Source of the DNA: Minisyncoccota bacterium
GTDB taxonomy: Bacteria > Patescibacteriota > Minisyncoccia > Phycocordibacterales > UBA9973
Length of the DNA: 64,000 nucleotides
Assembly (NCBI GenBank): GCA_035714785.1
Contig: DASTLQ010000011.1
Location: 6,124 to 70,123, forward strand
Direction: 5' to 3'
This document shows positions 9,653-17,643 of this stretch, piece by piece. Position 1 is the stretch's first letter, and every line of letters begins with the position of its first letter. The position numbers and the translations under genes are program-made. The notes beneath the pieces were generated by a model, which was not told where the DNA came from, ran no database searches, and saw only the letters and a list, made by a program, of their open reading frames with translations.

Positions 9653-11371
9653 ATGAAAGAAGAAATAAAAAAAATAATAAACGAAGCACTGCGAGAGCTT
9701 AAAATAGAAGAGACGGATTTTGCCGTGGAGCATCCAGCTGATTTAAAAAACGGGGACTACTCTGTAAACGTAGCAATGGTTTTAGCAAAACAGCTTGGCT
9801 CCAATCCTCGCGAACTTGCCGAACAGATCGCCCAAAGTGTAAGGGGTCAACATGTAAGGGGACCCCTTACCCCTGAACATGCAAGGGGTCCCCTTACACG
9901 TTATCCACAGGTTGAAAAGGTGGAGGTGGCTGGGGCGGGGTTTTTGAATTTCTATCTTTCGAGAAAATTTTTTGCGGATTCCATAGCGGAGATATTGGAA
10001 AAGAATGATAATTTTGGAAAAAACGAAGAAGGTAAAGGGAAAAAAGTAATAATAGAATATTCTTCCCCAAACATTGCAAAGCCTTTCACTATAGGACATT
10101 TGCGTTCTACTATTATTGGTCACGCCTTGGCTAATATTTTTGAATATAACGGATATGAAGTGCTTCGAGACAATCACCTCGGGGATTGGGGGACACAATT
10201 TGGAAAGCTGATCGTAGCCATCAAGCGATATGGTAATGAAGAAGAAATAGGAAAAGCCGAAAGACCAGTAAAAGCGCTCACAGAACTATATGTAAAATTT
10301 CATGCCGAGGCTGAGAAAGATAAAACATTAGAAGACGAAGCGAGAGCATGGTTTACAAAGCTTGAACAAGGAGATAAAGAAGCTAGAGCCATCTGGCAAA
10401 AGTGTGTAGATTGGTCAATGACAGAATTTTCAAAAATATATGAAAGATTAGGTGCTTCTTTTGATATGACTTTGGGAGAAAGTTTTTTTGAAGACAAAAT
10501 GAAAACAGTGATAGAGGATTTGGAGAAGACTGATTTTTATAAAGAATCAGAAGGAGCAAAACTTGTTTTCTTTCCTGACGAAAAACATCCTCCACTCATG
10601 ATACAAAAAAAAGATGGCAGTACTTTGTATGGGACTCGTGACCTTGCTACCGATAAATATAGGAGGGATACTTGGAACCCAGACTTAGTAGTAAACGAAG
10701 TAGGAATGGAGCAGTCATTATATTTCAAACAGCTTTTTGAAGTAGAAGAAATGCTTGGATATTTTAAAAAAGAACAAAGAGTCCACGTAGCTCATGGTCT
10801 GTATAAATTTAAAGAAGGAAAAATGAGTACCAGAAAAGGAAATGTAATCTGGCTTGAAGACGTGCTTGATGAAGCAAAAAAAAGAGCAGGCAAAATTAAT
10901 GAAGAGACAGCGGAAGTGGTAGGCATAGGGGCGATAAAATTTAATGACCTTCGAAGTGAAAGTCGAAAAGATATTATATTCAACTGGGGGGACATTTTGA
11001 ATTTGGATGGAGACTCTGGTCCTTATGTACAGTATTCGTACGTCCGCACAAAGGCGATAGAAAATAAGGCAAAAGAATTGGGAATAGAAAAAAGCATCGC
11101 TCAGCCAACCGAGGAGATATTTGAGATTGAGAAACTGCTGTATCGTTTTCCGGAAGTGGTATCTCGTGCACGGGAAACTTACGCTCCGCATGTCATCGCT
11201 CAATATCTTTTAGAAGTGGCACACGAATTCAGTTCGTTTTATGGAAATACTCAAGTATTGAAAGAGGAAGATCCTTTCTCTCCGTATAAGCTTGCCGTGG
11301 TCGAAGCGACAGGTATCGTAATCAAAAAAGGCCTTTGGATCCTCGGCATCCAGACCCCCGAAAAAATGTAA
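9653..11371 (+). CDS. argS: arginine--tRNA ligase, with an in-frame palindromic-repeat insertion
   Basis: Arg_tRNA_synt_N (..EKVEVAGAGFLNFYL), class I core (SSPNIAKPFTIGHLRST) and DALR anticodon-binding domain. Bases 9836-9911 are a copy of the GTAAGGGGWCCCCTTAC/TTATCCACA repeat read in frame as RGQHVRGPLTPEHARGPLTRYPQ. Confidence 0.9.
   Translation: MKEEIKKIINEALRELKIEETDFAVEHPADLKNGDYSVNVAMVLAKQLGSNPRELAEQIAQSVRGQHVRGPLTPEHARGPLTRYPQVEKVEVAGAGFLNFYLSRKFFADSIAEILEKNDNFGKNEEGKGKKVIIEYSSPNIAKPFTIGHLRSTIIGHALANIFEYNGYEVLRDNHLGDWGTQFGKLIVAIKRYGNEEEIGKAERPVKALTELYVKFHAEAEKDKTLEDEARAWFTKLEQGDKEARAIWQKCVDWSMTEFSKIYERLGASFDMTLGESFFEDKMKTVIEDLEKTDFYKESEGAKLVFFPDEKHPPLMIQKKDGSTLYGTRDLATDKYRRDTWNPDLVVNEVGMEQSLYFKQLFEVEEMLGYFKKEQRVHVAHGLYKFKEGKMSTRKGNVIWLEDVLDEAKKRAGKINEETAEVVGIGAIKFNDLRSESRKDIIFNWGDILNLDGDSGPYVQYSYVRTKAIENKAKELGIEKSIAQPTEEIFEIEKLLYRFPEVVSRARETYAPHVIAQYLLEVAHEFSSFYGNTQVLKEEDPFSPYKLAVVEATGIVIKKGLWILGIQTPEKM
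9836..9911. repeat. palindromic repeat family A copy inserted in frame in argS
   Basis: AGTGTAAGGGGTCAACATGTAAGGGGACCCCTTACCCCTGAACATGCAAGGGGTCCCCTTACACGTTATCCACAGG. Confidence 0.85.
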
Positions 11372-11374
11372 CGT

Positions 11375-11498
11375 GCAAAGTGCAAGGGGGCTGTGGATAA
11401 CATGTAAGGGGACCCCTTACACTTTATCCACACATACCACCCTTACCTGTGGATAACATGCAAGGGGACCCCTTACCCCTTATCCCGGCGCCCCTTAC
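11375..11498. repeat. cluster of family A repeat units with four DnaA-box 9-mers (argS-ileS intergenic)
   Basis: ..GTGCAAGGGGGCTGTGGATAACATGTAAGGGGACCCCTTACACTTTATCCACACATACCACCCTTACCTGTGGATAACATGCAAGGGGACCCCTTACCCCTTATCCCGGCGCCCCTTAC.. Confidence 0.9.
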
Positions 11499-11524
11499 GT
11501 GCGGATTTATGCTATTATTTTTGA

Positions 11525-14500
11525 ATGGCCGACGAAAACAAAGAAAACAAAGAAAATACGACTTCGAAATCCGAAAGCGCTCTGCGAGAAGAGGGCATTT
11601 TAAAATTTTGGGAAGAAAATCATACTTTTCAAAAAACCCTACAACGACCCTCCCCTAAAGGCGAATTCATTTTTTACGAAGGTCCTCCTACAGCAAACGG
11701 AAAGCCCGGCATCCATCACCTCGAAGCTCGCGCTTTCAAAGATGTTATCCCTCGATACAAAACCATGTCCGGCTACCATGTGCGCCGAAAGGGGGGCTGG
11801 GATACTCACGGCTTGCCAGTGGAATTACAGGTGGAAAAAAAGCTAGGACTTGATTCCAAGAAGGCGATCGAAGAGTATGGTATCGCAAAATTTAACGAAG
11901 AATGTAAAGAAAGTGTTTGGGAGTATGTGGATCTTTGGGAAAAATTTACCAGCAGGACAGGATATTGGCTGGACCAGAAAGATGCGTATGCTACTTATGA
12001 CAACACATATATTGAATCAGTTTGGAATATTTTAAAACATGTAGACGAGCAAAAACTTCTATACAAAGATTACAAAGTGGTGCCATGGTGTCCACGTTGT
12101 GGAACGGTGCTATCTTCGCACGAACTTGCTCAAGGATATGAAGATGTAAAAGATCTTTCCGTGTATGCAAAATTTCGACTCGCCGATGGTAGCCTCGCCG
12201 ATGCTGGCCTCGCCGATAACGACCTAGCGAATAAAGACACATACATTCTTGCATGGACCACTACTCCATGGACATTGCCCGGCAACGTCGCGCTAGCAGT
12301 AGGGGAGGATATTGATTATGTAAAAGCAAAAGTTGGCGAAGAAGTGCTAATCCTAGCCAAAGAAAGAATTTCTATTTTACCCGAAGGGTATGAAATTTTG
12401 GAAGAAATAAAAGGAGCCAAGCTCGTGGGCCTCGAATATGAACCCCTGTATCCATTCCTAGCAGAAACTATTTCCGAAACCGAAAAGCCAAAATTAGAAA
12501 AAGCATACAAGATATACAGCGCAGACTTCGTGACTACTACAGACGGTACTGGAGTGGTTCATACAGCAGTGATGTATGGACAGGACGACTTTGCGCTCGG
12601 CACTAAAATCGGACTTCCAAAACACCACCTCGTAGGCTTGGATGGAAAATTTCTACCAGGCACAGGAAACTTCGAAGGAAGATTTGTGCGTGATGAAGAT
12701 GTGGCCGTAGATGTGATCAAAGATCTTGCTTCCCGCAATCTTTTATTTAAAAAAGAAAAATACGAACACTCATATCCGCATTGCTGGCGCTGTCACACTG
12801 CACTCATCTACTACGCTCGTGATTCATGGTATATAAAAATGTCTGATCCAAGGATCAAAGACAAAATGATCTCGGAAAACAAGAGCATTAACTGGGAGCC
12901 AGCCCATATTCGCGATGGAAGGTTTGGGGAATGGCTAAGAGAAATAAAAGATTGGGCAATTTCTCGAGAGCGATATTGGGGTACTCCTTTGCCAGTATGG
13001 GAATGTAATAAATGTCACAAGCGCGAAGTGATCGGTAGCCTCGAAGAGCTTCGAGGTAAGGCAAAAAAATCTGGCAACAAATATTGTGTGATGCGTCACG
13101 GGGAGACTGACAAGAATATCACTAATACTATATGTACTACTGTAAATAGCGGATCCCAACTTACAGAAAATGGAAAAAAGAGCACCCTCGCTACGGCCGA
13201 AAATCTTAAAAAAGAAAATATAAATATTATTATTACTTCTGAATTCCATCGCACTCGAGCAACGGCGGAAATAGTAGCTCCCTTGCTGGGAATTCCACAA
13301 TCAGACATAGTCGTAGATCCTCGACTGGGAGAAATAAAAGTACCAAGCTATGAGGGAAAAAGCTGGACCGAATATCACAAAGATTATCCTCATACGGTAG
13401 AAAATTTTACTAAAGCTCCAGAGGGAAATGAATCATACGAAGACGTGAGAGCTCGCTTGGCAGATTTCCTTTGTGATATTGAAAGTAAATATCAAAATAA
13501 AAATATTCTTATCATCACTCATGGTGCTCCTTCATGGCTCATGACTGCTGTTTCGCGATTGCTTGATGTAGACGAGACACTTAAACTTGTTCAAAGTTCA
13601 AAAGATTATCATTACTTGGCAAATTCTGAAGCGCAGGTGCTTCCTTTCTCTCCTTTTCCTCATGACGGTAAAGGAAATCTAGATCTGCATCGCCCATACA
13701 TCGACAATATGATCGTAGAGTGTGAATGTGGTGGTACTTCGGAGAGAGTGAAAGAGGTGGTGGACGTTTGGTTTGACTCCGGCGCTATGCCGTTTGCCCA
13801 AGATCATTATCCTTTCAAAAATAAAAAATGGGTAGATGGTCCCGGATATCCTGCGGACTATATTTCTGAAGCTATCGATCAGACTCGTGGTTGGTTTTAT
13901 ACCTTGCATGCTATCGGAGTACTTCTCGGAAAGGGAAAGGCATATAAAAATGTAATTTGTTTGGGGCACCTGCTGGATTCCGCTGGTAAAAAAATGTCCA
14001 AATCTCTCGGCAACATAGTGGATCCGTGGATTATGATAGAAAAATACGGAGTAGACACTTTGCGCCTGTGGATGTATTCAGTAAATCAACCTGGAGAATC
14101 AAAGAATTTCGATGAAAAAACAGTCACCTTGGTGCATCGTCAGTTTTTCGGTCTACTGTACAATGTGCTTTCTTTCTATGAACTCTATCGTGAAAAAGAT
14201 TTGGAAAAAAATGAAGAACCAAAACCGCAAAACGTGCTCGATATTTGGATAATAGTGAGATTGCACGAACTGGTGGAGCTTTGTACAAAAGGTCTAAATG
14301 AATTTAAACTAATTGAACCAGTCCGAGCGATTCGTGATTTTATTGATGACCTATCCACCTGGTACTTGCGACGTTCGCGAGAGAGAATTAAAGAAGGGGA
14401 CAAAGAAGCAAAAGCTACTCTGTATTATGTTTTGCGCACTCTTTCCCAATTGCTCGCTCCCTTTGCTCCATTTTCCGCCGAAGACATCTGGCAAAAATTG

Positions 14501-15076
14501 CGCCGAGAAGGAGATGAAGGAAGCGTACATCTTTCCACTTGGCCAAAAGTAAAAATTTCCATTTTGCGATCATTTACTAAGCGCGATACATATGTAATTG
14601 AACACATGATAAAAACTCGCGAGATAGTGACTCTTGGCTTGGAAGCAAGACAGCGAAGAGGAATAAAAGTACGTCAGCCTCTGGGAATGATTCGGGTCAA
14701 AGATTTTGGCTTGCCAGAAGAATATGCAGAGGTAGTGAGAGACGAGCTAAATGTAAAAGAAATTCGCAGAGACCCTGGCATCAAAGAAGAAGTGCACCTC
14801 GAAACAGAAATCACCCCGGAGCTTCGCCAAGAAGGTGACTATCGCGAAGTGGTCCGTGCGATACAAGATTTGCGAAAGAAAATCGGACTTATGCCAAACG
14901 ACCTCGTCACTCTCACTATCTCCCTATCAGACCCCTTGAAATCCGTCATCGAAAAATACGAGCGTGAACTTTCTAAAGTAGTAGGAGCGACCGAAATAAA
15001 ATACGAAGAAAATGATGGCGAGGAATCTAAGATTGGAGACGAAACTGTCAAAATAAAAATCCAGAAAAGATCCTAA
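11525..15076 (+). CDS. ileS: isoleucine--tRNA ligase with an inserted histidine-phosphatase (PGM-like) domain
   Basis: GPPTANGKPGIHH (HIGH region), CP1 editing region, KMSKSLGN; 1183 aa. Between WECNKCHKREVIGSLEEL and LDLHRPYIDNMIVECECGG sit ~200 aa carrying VMRHGETDKN and ITHGAP, the signature of the histidine phosphatase superfamily branch 1. Confidence 0.9.
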   Translation: MADENKENKENTTSKSESALREEGILKFWEENHTFQKTLQRPSPKGEFIFYEGPPTANGKPGIHHLEARAFKDVIPRYKTMSGYHVRRKGGWDTHGLPVELQVEKKLGLDSKKAIEEYGIAKFNEECKESVWEYVDLWEKFTSRTGYWLDQKDAYATYDNTYIESVWNILKHVDEQKLLYKDYKVVPWCPRCGTVLSSHELAQGYEDVKDLSVYAKFRLADGSLADAGLADNDLANKDTYILAWTTTPWTLPGNVALAVGEDIDYVKAKVGEEVLILAKERISILPEGYEILEEIKGAKLVGLEYEPLYPFLAETISETEKPKLEKAYKIYSADFVTTTDGTGVVHTAVMYGQDDFALGTKIGLPKHHLVGLDGKFLPGTGNFEGRFVRDEDVAVDVIKDLASRNLLFKKEKYEHSYPHCWRCHTALIYYARDSWYIKMSDPRIKDKMISENKSINWEPAHIRDGRFGEWLREIKDWAISRERYWGTPLPVWECNKCHKREVIGSLEELRGKAKKSGNKYCVMRHGETDKNITNTICTTVNSGSQLTENGKKSTLATAENLKKENINIIITSEFHRTRATAEIVAPLLGIPQSDIVVDPRLGEIKVPSYEGKSWTEYHKDYPHTVENFTKAPEGNESYEDVRARLADFLCDIESKYQNKNILIITHGAPSWLMTAVSRLLDVDETLKLVQSSKDYHYLANSEAQVLPFSPFPHDGKGNLDLHRPYIDNMIVECECGGTSERVKEVVDVWFDSGAMPFAQDHYPFKNKKWVDGPGYPADYISEAIDQTRGWFYTLHAIGVLLGKGKAYKNVICLGHLLDSAGKKMSKSLGNIVDPWIMIEKYGVDTLRLWMYSVNQPGESKNFDEKTVTLVHRQFFGLLYNVLSFYELYREKDLEKNEEPKPQNVLDIWIIVRLHELVELCTKGLNEFKLIEPVRAIRDFIDDLSTWYLRRSRERIKEGDKEAKATLYYVLRTLSQLLAPFAPFSAEDIWQKLRREGDEGSVHLSTWPKVKISILRSFTKRDTYVIEHMIKTREIVTLGLEARQRRGIKVRQPLGMIRVKDFGLPEEYAEVVRDELNVKEIRRDPGIKEEVHLETEITPELRQEGDYREVVRAIQDLRKKIGLMPNDLVTLTISLSDPLKSVIEKYERELSKVVGATEIKYEENDGEESKIGDETVKIKIQKRS

Positions 15077-15657
15077 TGCACCACATATATCACACCGAAG
15101 GGTTGATACTCTCAAGTAGAAATTTTGGAGAGGCTGGAAAATACTACCGCATTTTTACTCGCGACCTCGGAATGATAAATGCTTCGGCCCAAGGTGTTCG
15201 CAAGATGTCTTCCAAGCTCCGCTTTATTCTGCAAGATTTTTCTTATGTAAAAGTAGACTTAGTCAAAGGCAAAGACTTTTGGCGTCTTACTAGCGCCTCC
15301 AAAACCAATCAGCTAGAAAAATTAGCCAAAGACCCTCAAAAATTTGCCATTTTCGCCAATATTTCGCGTCTTTTGAAAAGACTTTTGGCAGGAGAGGAGC
15401 CAAATAGTGATCTTTTTGATGATCTTAAAAATGGATTAAAGATCTTGGAGACTTTTTCTGACTCAAAAGATCTTAAAAATATTGAAGCTTTGCTAGTATT
15501 GCGGATTTTGGGCCGACTTGGATATATCGGAGACGCCGACGCACTCCTCGGCTGGGTGCAATCCCCTTTTGGGGAAGACTTAGTCAGGGAGGCTGACAAA
15601 AAGAGAAGTATAATTCTAAGGGAGATAAACAAGGCTTTGAAAGAAACTCAGCTCTAG
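15076..15657 (+). CDS. recO: DNA repair protein RecO
   Basis: N-terminal OB-fold segment TEGLILSSRNFGEAGKYYRIFTRDLGMINASAQGVRK resembles RecO; 193 aa (short form). Confidence 0.65.
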   Translation: MHHIYHTEGLILSSRNFGEAGKYYRIFTRDLGMINASAQGVRKMSSKLRFILQDFSYVKVDLVKGKDFWRLTSASKTNQLEKLAKDPQKFAIFANISRLLKRLLAGEEPNSDLFDDLKNGLKILETFSDSKDLKNIEALLVLRILGRLGYIGDADALLGWVQSPFGEDLVREADKKRSIILREINKALKETQL

Positions 15658-15718
15658 TTTCGTCATCTCTAGGGTTATCGTTGTAGAGGCCCTCCTTTAC
15701 TGCTATAATAAACCAGAT

Positions 15719-17638
15719 ATGCCGCATGACCCTGATAAATTAAACAGAATAGAGGAATTAAAAACAAAACTTTCCAGTAAAGGGTATGAAGTAAAGGCGA
15801 AAGCTCGAAACGTTTTTTCCGCTACTCCTCAAAAAACTGTACCGGATTCTTGGGAAAACGATACCCCAAGCAACGATTTCACTGAAAAATTTCTTATGAA
15901 AACCTCAGTATTCAAAAGATTTTTTATTTTTTCCATAGCATTCTTCCTTTTGGCTGCAGGTTTTGCTGCTTATACTTTTTTTGGTAAAGGAAATACTATC
16001 TCAAATGAAAATATTGAGATTTCAATTTTAGGAAATGCCTTTACTGCAGGAGGAGAAGAGCTTCCTTTACAGATTGAGATAATAAATCGTAATACTTCTC
16101 CACTTGAGCTTGCCGATTTGATCATAGAGTATCCTCGAAATGCTTCTTTTGATTTCACACGCGATACGGAAAGGCTTCGAGTTTCTCTAGGCACTGTTCC
16201 CTCGGGCGGAGTACGAAATGAAAATGTGAAAGTGGTACTTTTTGGAGAGCAGGGAAGCATCAAACCAATCCGAGTATCGCTTGAGTATCGTGTTGAAGGC
16301 TCGAATGCTATTTTCGTAAAGGAAAAGAGTTTTGAAGTTTCTATTAGTTCTACTCCGATCAATCTTTTCGTAGAAGGTCCGACTGCATTGAGTCCAAATC
16401 AGGATATTACCTTGGATATAAAAGCGATTTTAAATGCCACTCGAGCTGCTCAGCGAATGCTTATCAAAGTGGATTACCCTGTAGGTTTTCAGTTTGCCTC
16501 AGCTACTCCCGCTCCGACCATAGGAAACAATATGTGGAGCTTGGGGGATCTTTCTCCTGGAGCAGAAAGAAAGATTTCTATTTCTGGGAAAATGGTTGAA
16601 GTTTCCGATGGTGAAGAAAAAACTTTTCGTATATATAGCGGATCAGAATCTACTAGAGACAAGACCGAGATCGGCACCATTTTTAATTCTCTAGGACATA
16701 CTGTAGCTATTCAAAAGCCATTCATTGAAGCCTCGCTTTCTATAAATGGTGCATACCAGCGTGAATACGCAGTAGATTCTAAGACCAAGATCCACGGAAG
16801 CATCGTATGGTCAAACAATTTAAATACTTCCATCAATGATGTGGTAATAAAAGCAAAAATTTCTGGGAATGCAGTAAATCGAAGCACCATTGAAACTCAA
16901 GGTTTCTATAATTCTTCCGAGGATACTATTACTTGGGATAAAAATTCTATCAGCGAGCTCGGTCAGGTAGGGCCTGGCCGTACTGGTACAGTTGCTTTTA
17001 CTTTTGAATCTATCCCACTTACATCTCCAGGGGGAGGCATGCTTCCTGAGCCAAGCGCAAGAATTGATGTTTCCATTGCTGGTCGTCAGCCAATCACTGA
17101 CAATGCCGAGGATTTGAAAAACACGGAATCAAAAATAATAAGAATTATCTCGGATGTAAATTTTGCCGCCAAGGCTTTGTATTATAGTGGTGCTTTCACT
17201 AACACGGGTCCTATTCCTCCAAAGGCTGAACAAAAGACGACCTACACTGTAGTCTGGTCTGTGACAAATACTGCTAACAATATTTCAAATGCACAGATTC
17301 GTTCTACTCTGCCACAATGGGTGCGATTCGTCGGACCAATTTCTCCTCCAGCCGAAAATCTAAATTTCAATCCTTCTACTAAAGAAATCATCTGGGAAAT
17401 CGGAAATATGCCAAGGGGACTAGGAGTCACTGGCGCCGCGAGGGAAGTGAGCTTCCAAGTAGAGCTCCTAGCTTCGCTATCCCAAGTAGGCACTACGCCA
17501 GTTTTGGTAAACGATATGGTTTTGACCGGAAGAGACGATTTTGCTAAGGTTGATGTACGGGTAAACAAAGGATCTATTAATACCCGATTACAAAATGATC
17601 CTAGCTTCCCTGTTACGGGGGATAGAGTGGTAGAATAG
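15719..17638 (+). CDS. hypothetical membrane-anchored protein with large beta-rich extracytoplasmic domain
   Basis: One TM helix (~aa 70-90), then ~550 aa Ser/Thr/Asn/Val-rich sequence with no recognisable motif. Confidence 0.5.
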   Translation: MPHDPDKLNRIEELKTKLSSKGYEVKAKARNVFSATPQKTVPDSWENDTPSNDFTEKFLMKTSVFKRFFIFSIAFFLLAAGFAAYTFFGKGNTISNENIEISILGNAFTAGGEELPLQIEIINRNTSPLELADLIIEYPRNASFDFTRDTERLRVSLGTVPSGGVRNENVKVVLFGEQGSIKPIRVSLEYRVEGSNAIFVKEKSFEVSISSTPINLFVEGPTALSPNQDITLDIKAILNATRAAQRMLIKVDYPVGFQFASATPAPTIGNNMWSLGDLSPGAERKISISGKMVEVSDGEEKTFRIYSGSESTRDKTEIGTIFNSLGHTVAIQKPFIEASLSINGAYQREYAVDSKTKIHGSIVWSNNLNTSINDVVIKAKISGNAVNRSTIETQGFYNSSEDTITWDKNSISELGQVGPGRTGTVAFTFESIPLTSPGGGMLPEPSARIDVSIAGRQPITDNAEDLKNTESKIIRIISDVNFAAKALYYSGAFTNTGPIPPKAEQKTTYTVVWSVTNTANNISNAQIRSTLPQWVRFVGPISPPAENLNFNPSTKEIIWEIGNMPRGLGVTGAAREVSFQVELLASLSQVGTTPVLVNDMVLTGRDDFAKVDVRVNKGSINTRLQNDPSFPVTGDRVVE

Positions 17639-17643
17639 TCTAC

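Noticed and set aside
11375-11498. Chromosomal replication origin (cluster of DnaA boxes)
   Set aside because: No dnaA or dnaN nearby and no AT-rich unwinding element. The same boxes occur at more than 10 other loci as part of a repeat. Cannot be excluded without GC-skew over the whole contig.
11449-11658. ORF MDNMQGDPLPLIPAPLTCGFML.. upstream of ileS, 3290-3484 ORF inside comEC, 20129-20323 and 57760-58014 ORFs
   Set aside because: Their N-termini or bodies are translations of the palindromic repeat; they overlap real genes or intergenic repeats. Artefacts of the repeat ATG.
13060-13675. Intein in IleRS
   Set aside because: The insert lacks intein splicing motifs (no N-terminal Cys/Ser + C-terminal HN-Cys/Ser/Thr). 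It has instead the RHG...H signature of histidine phosphatases.
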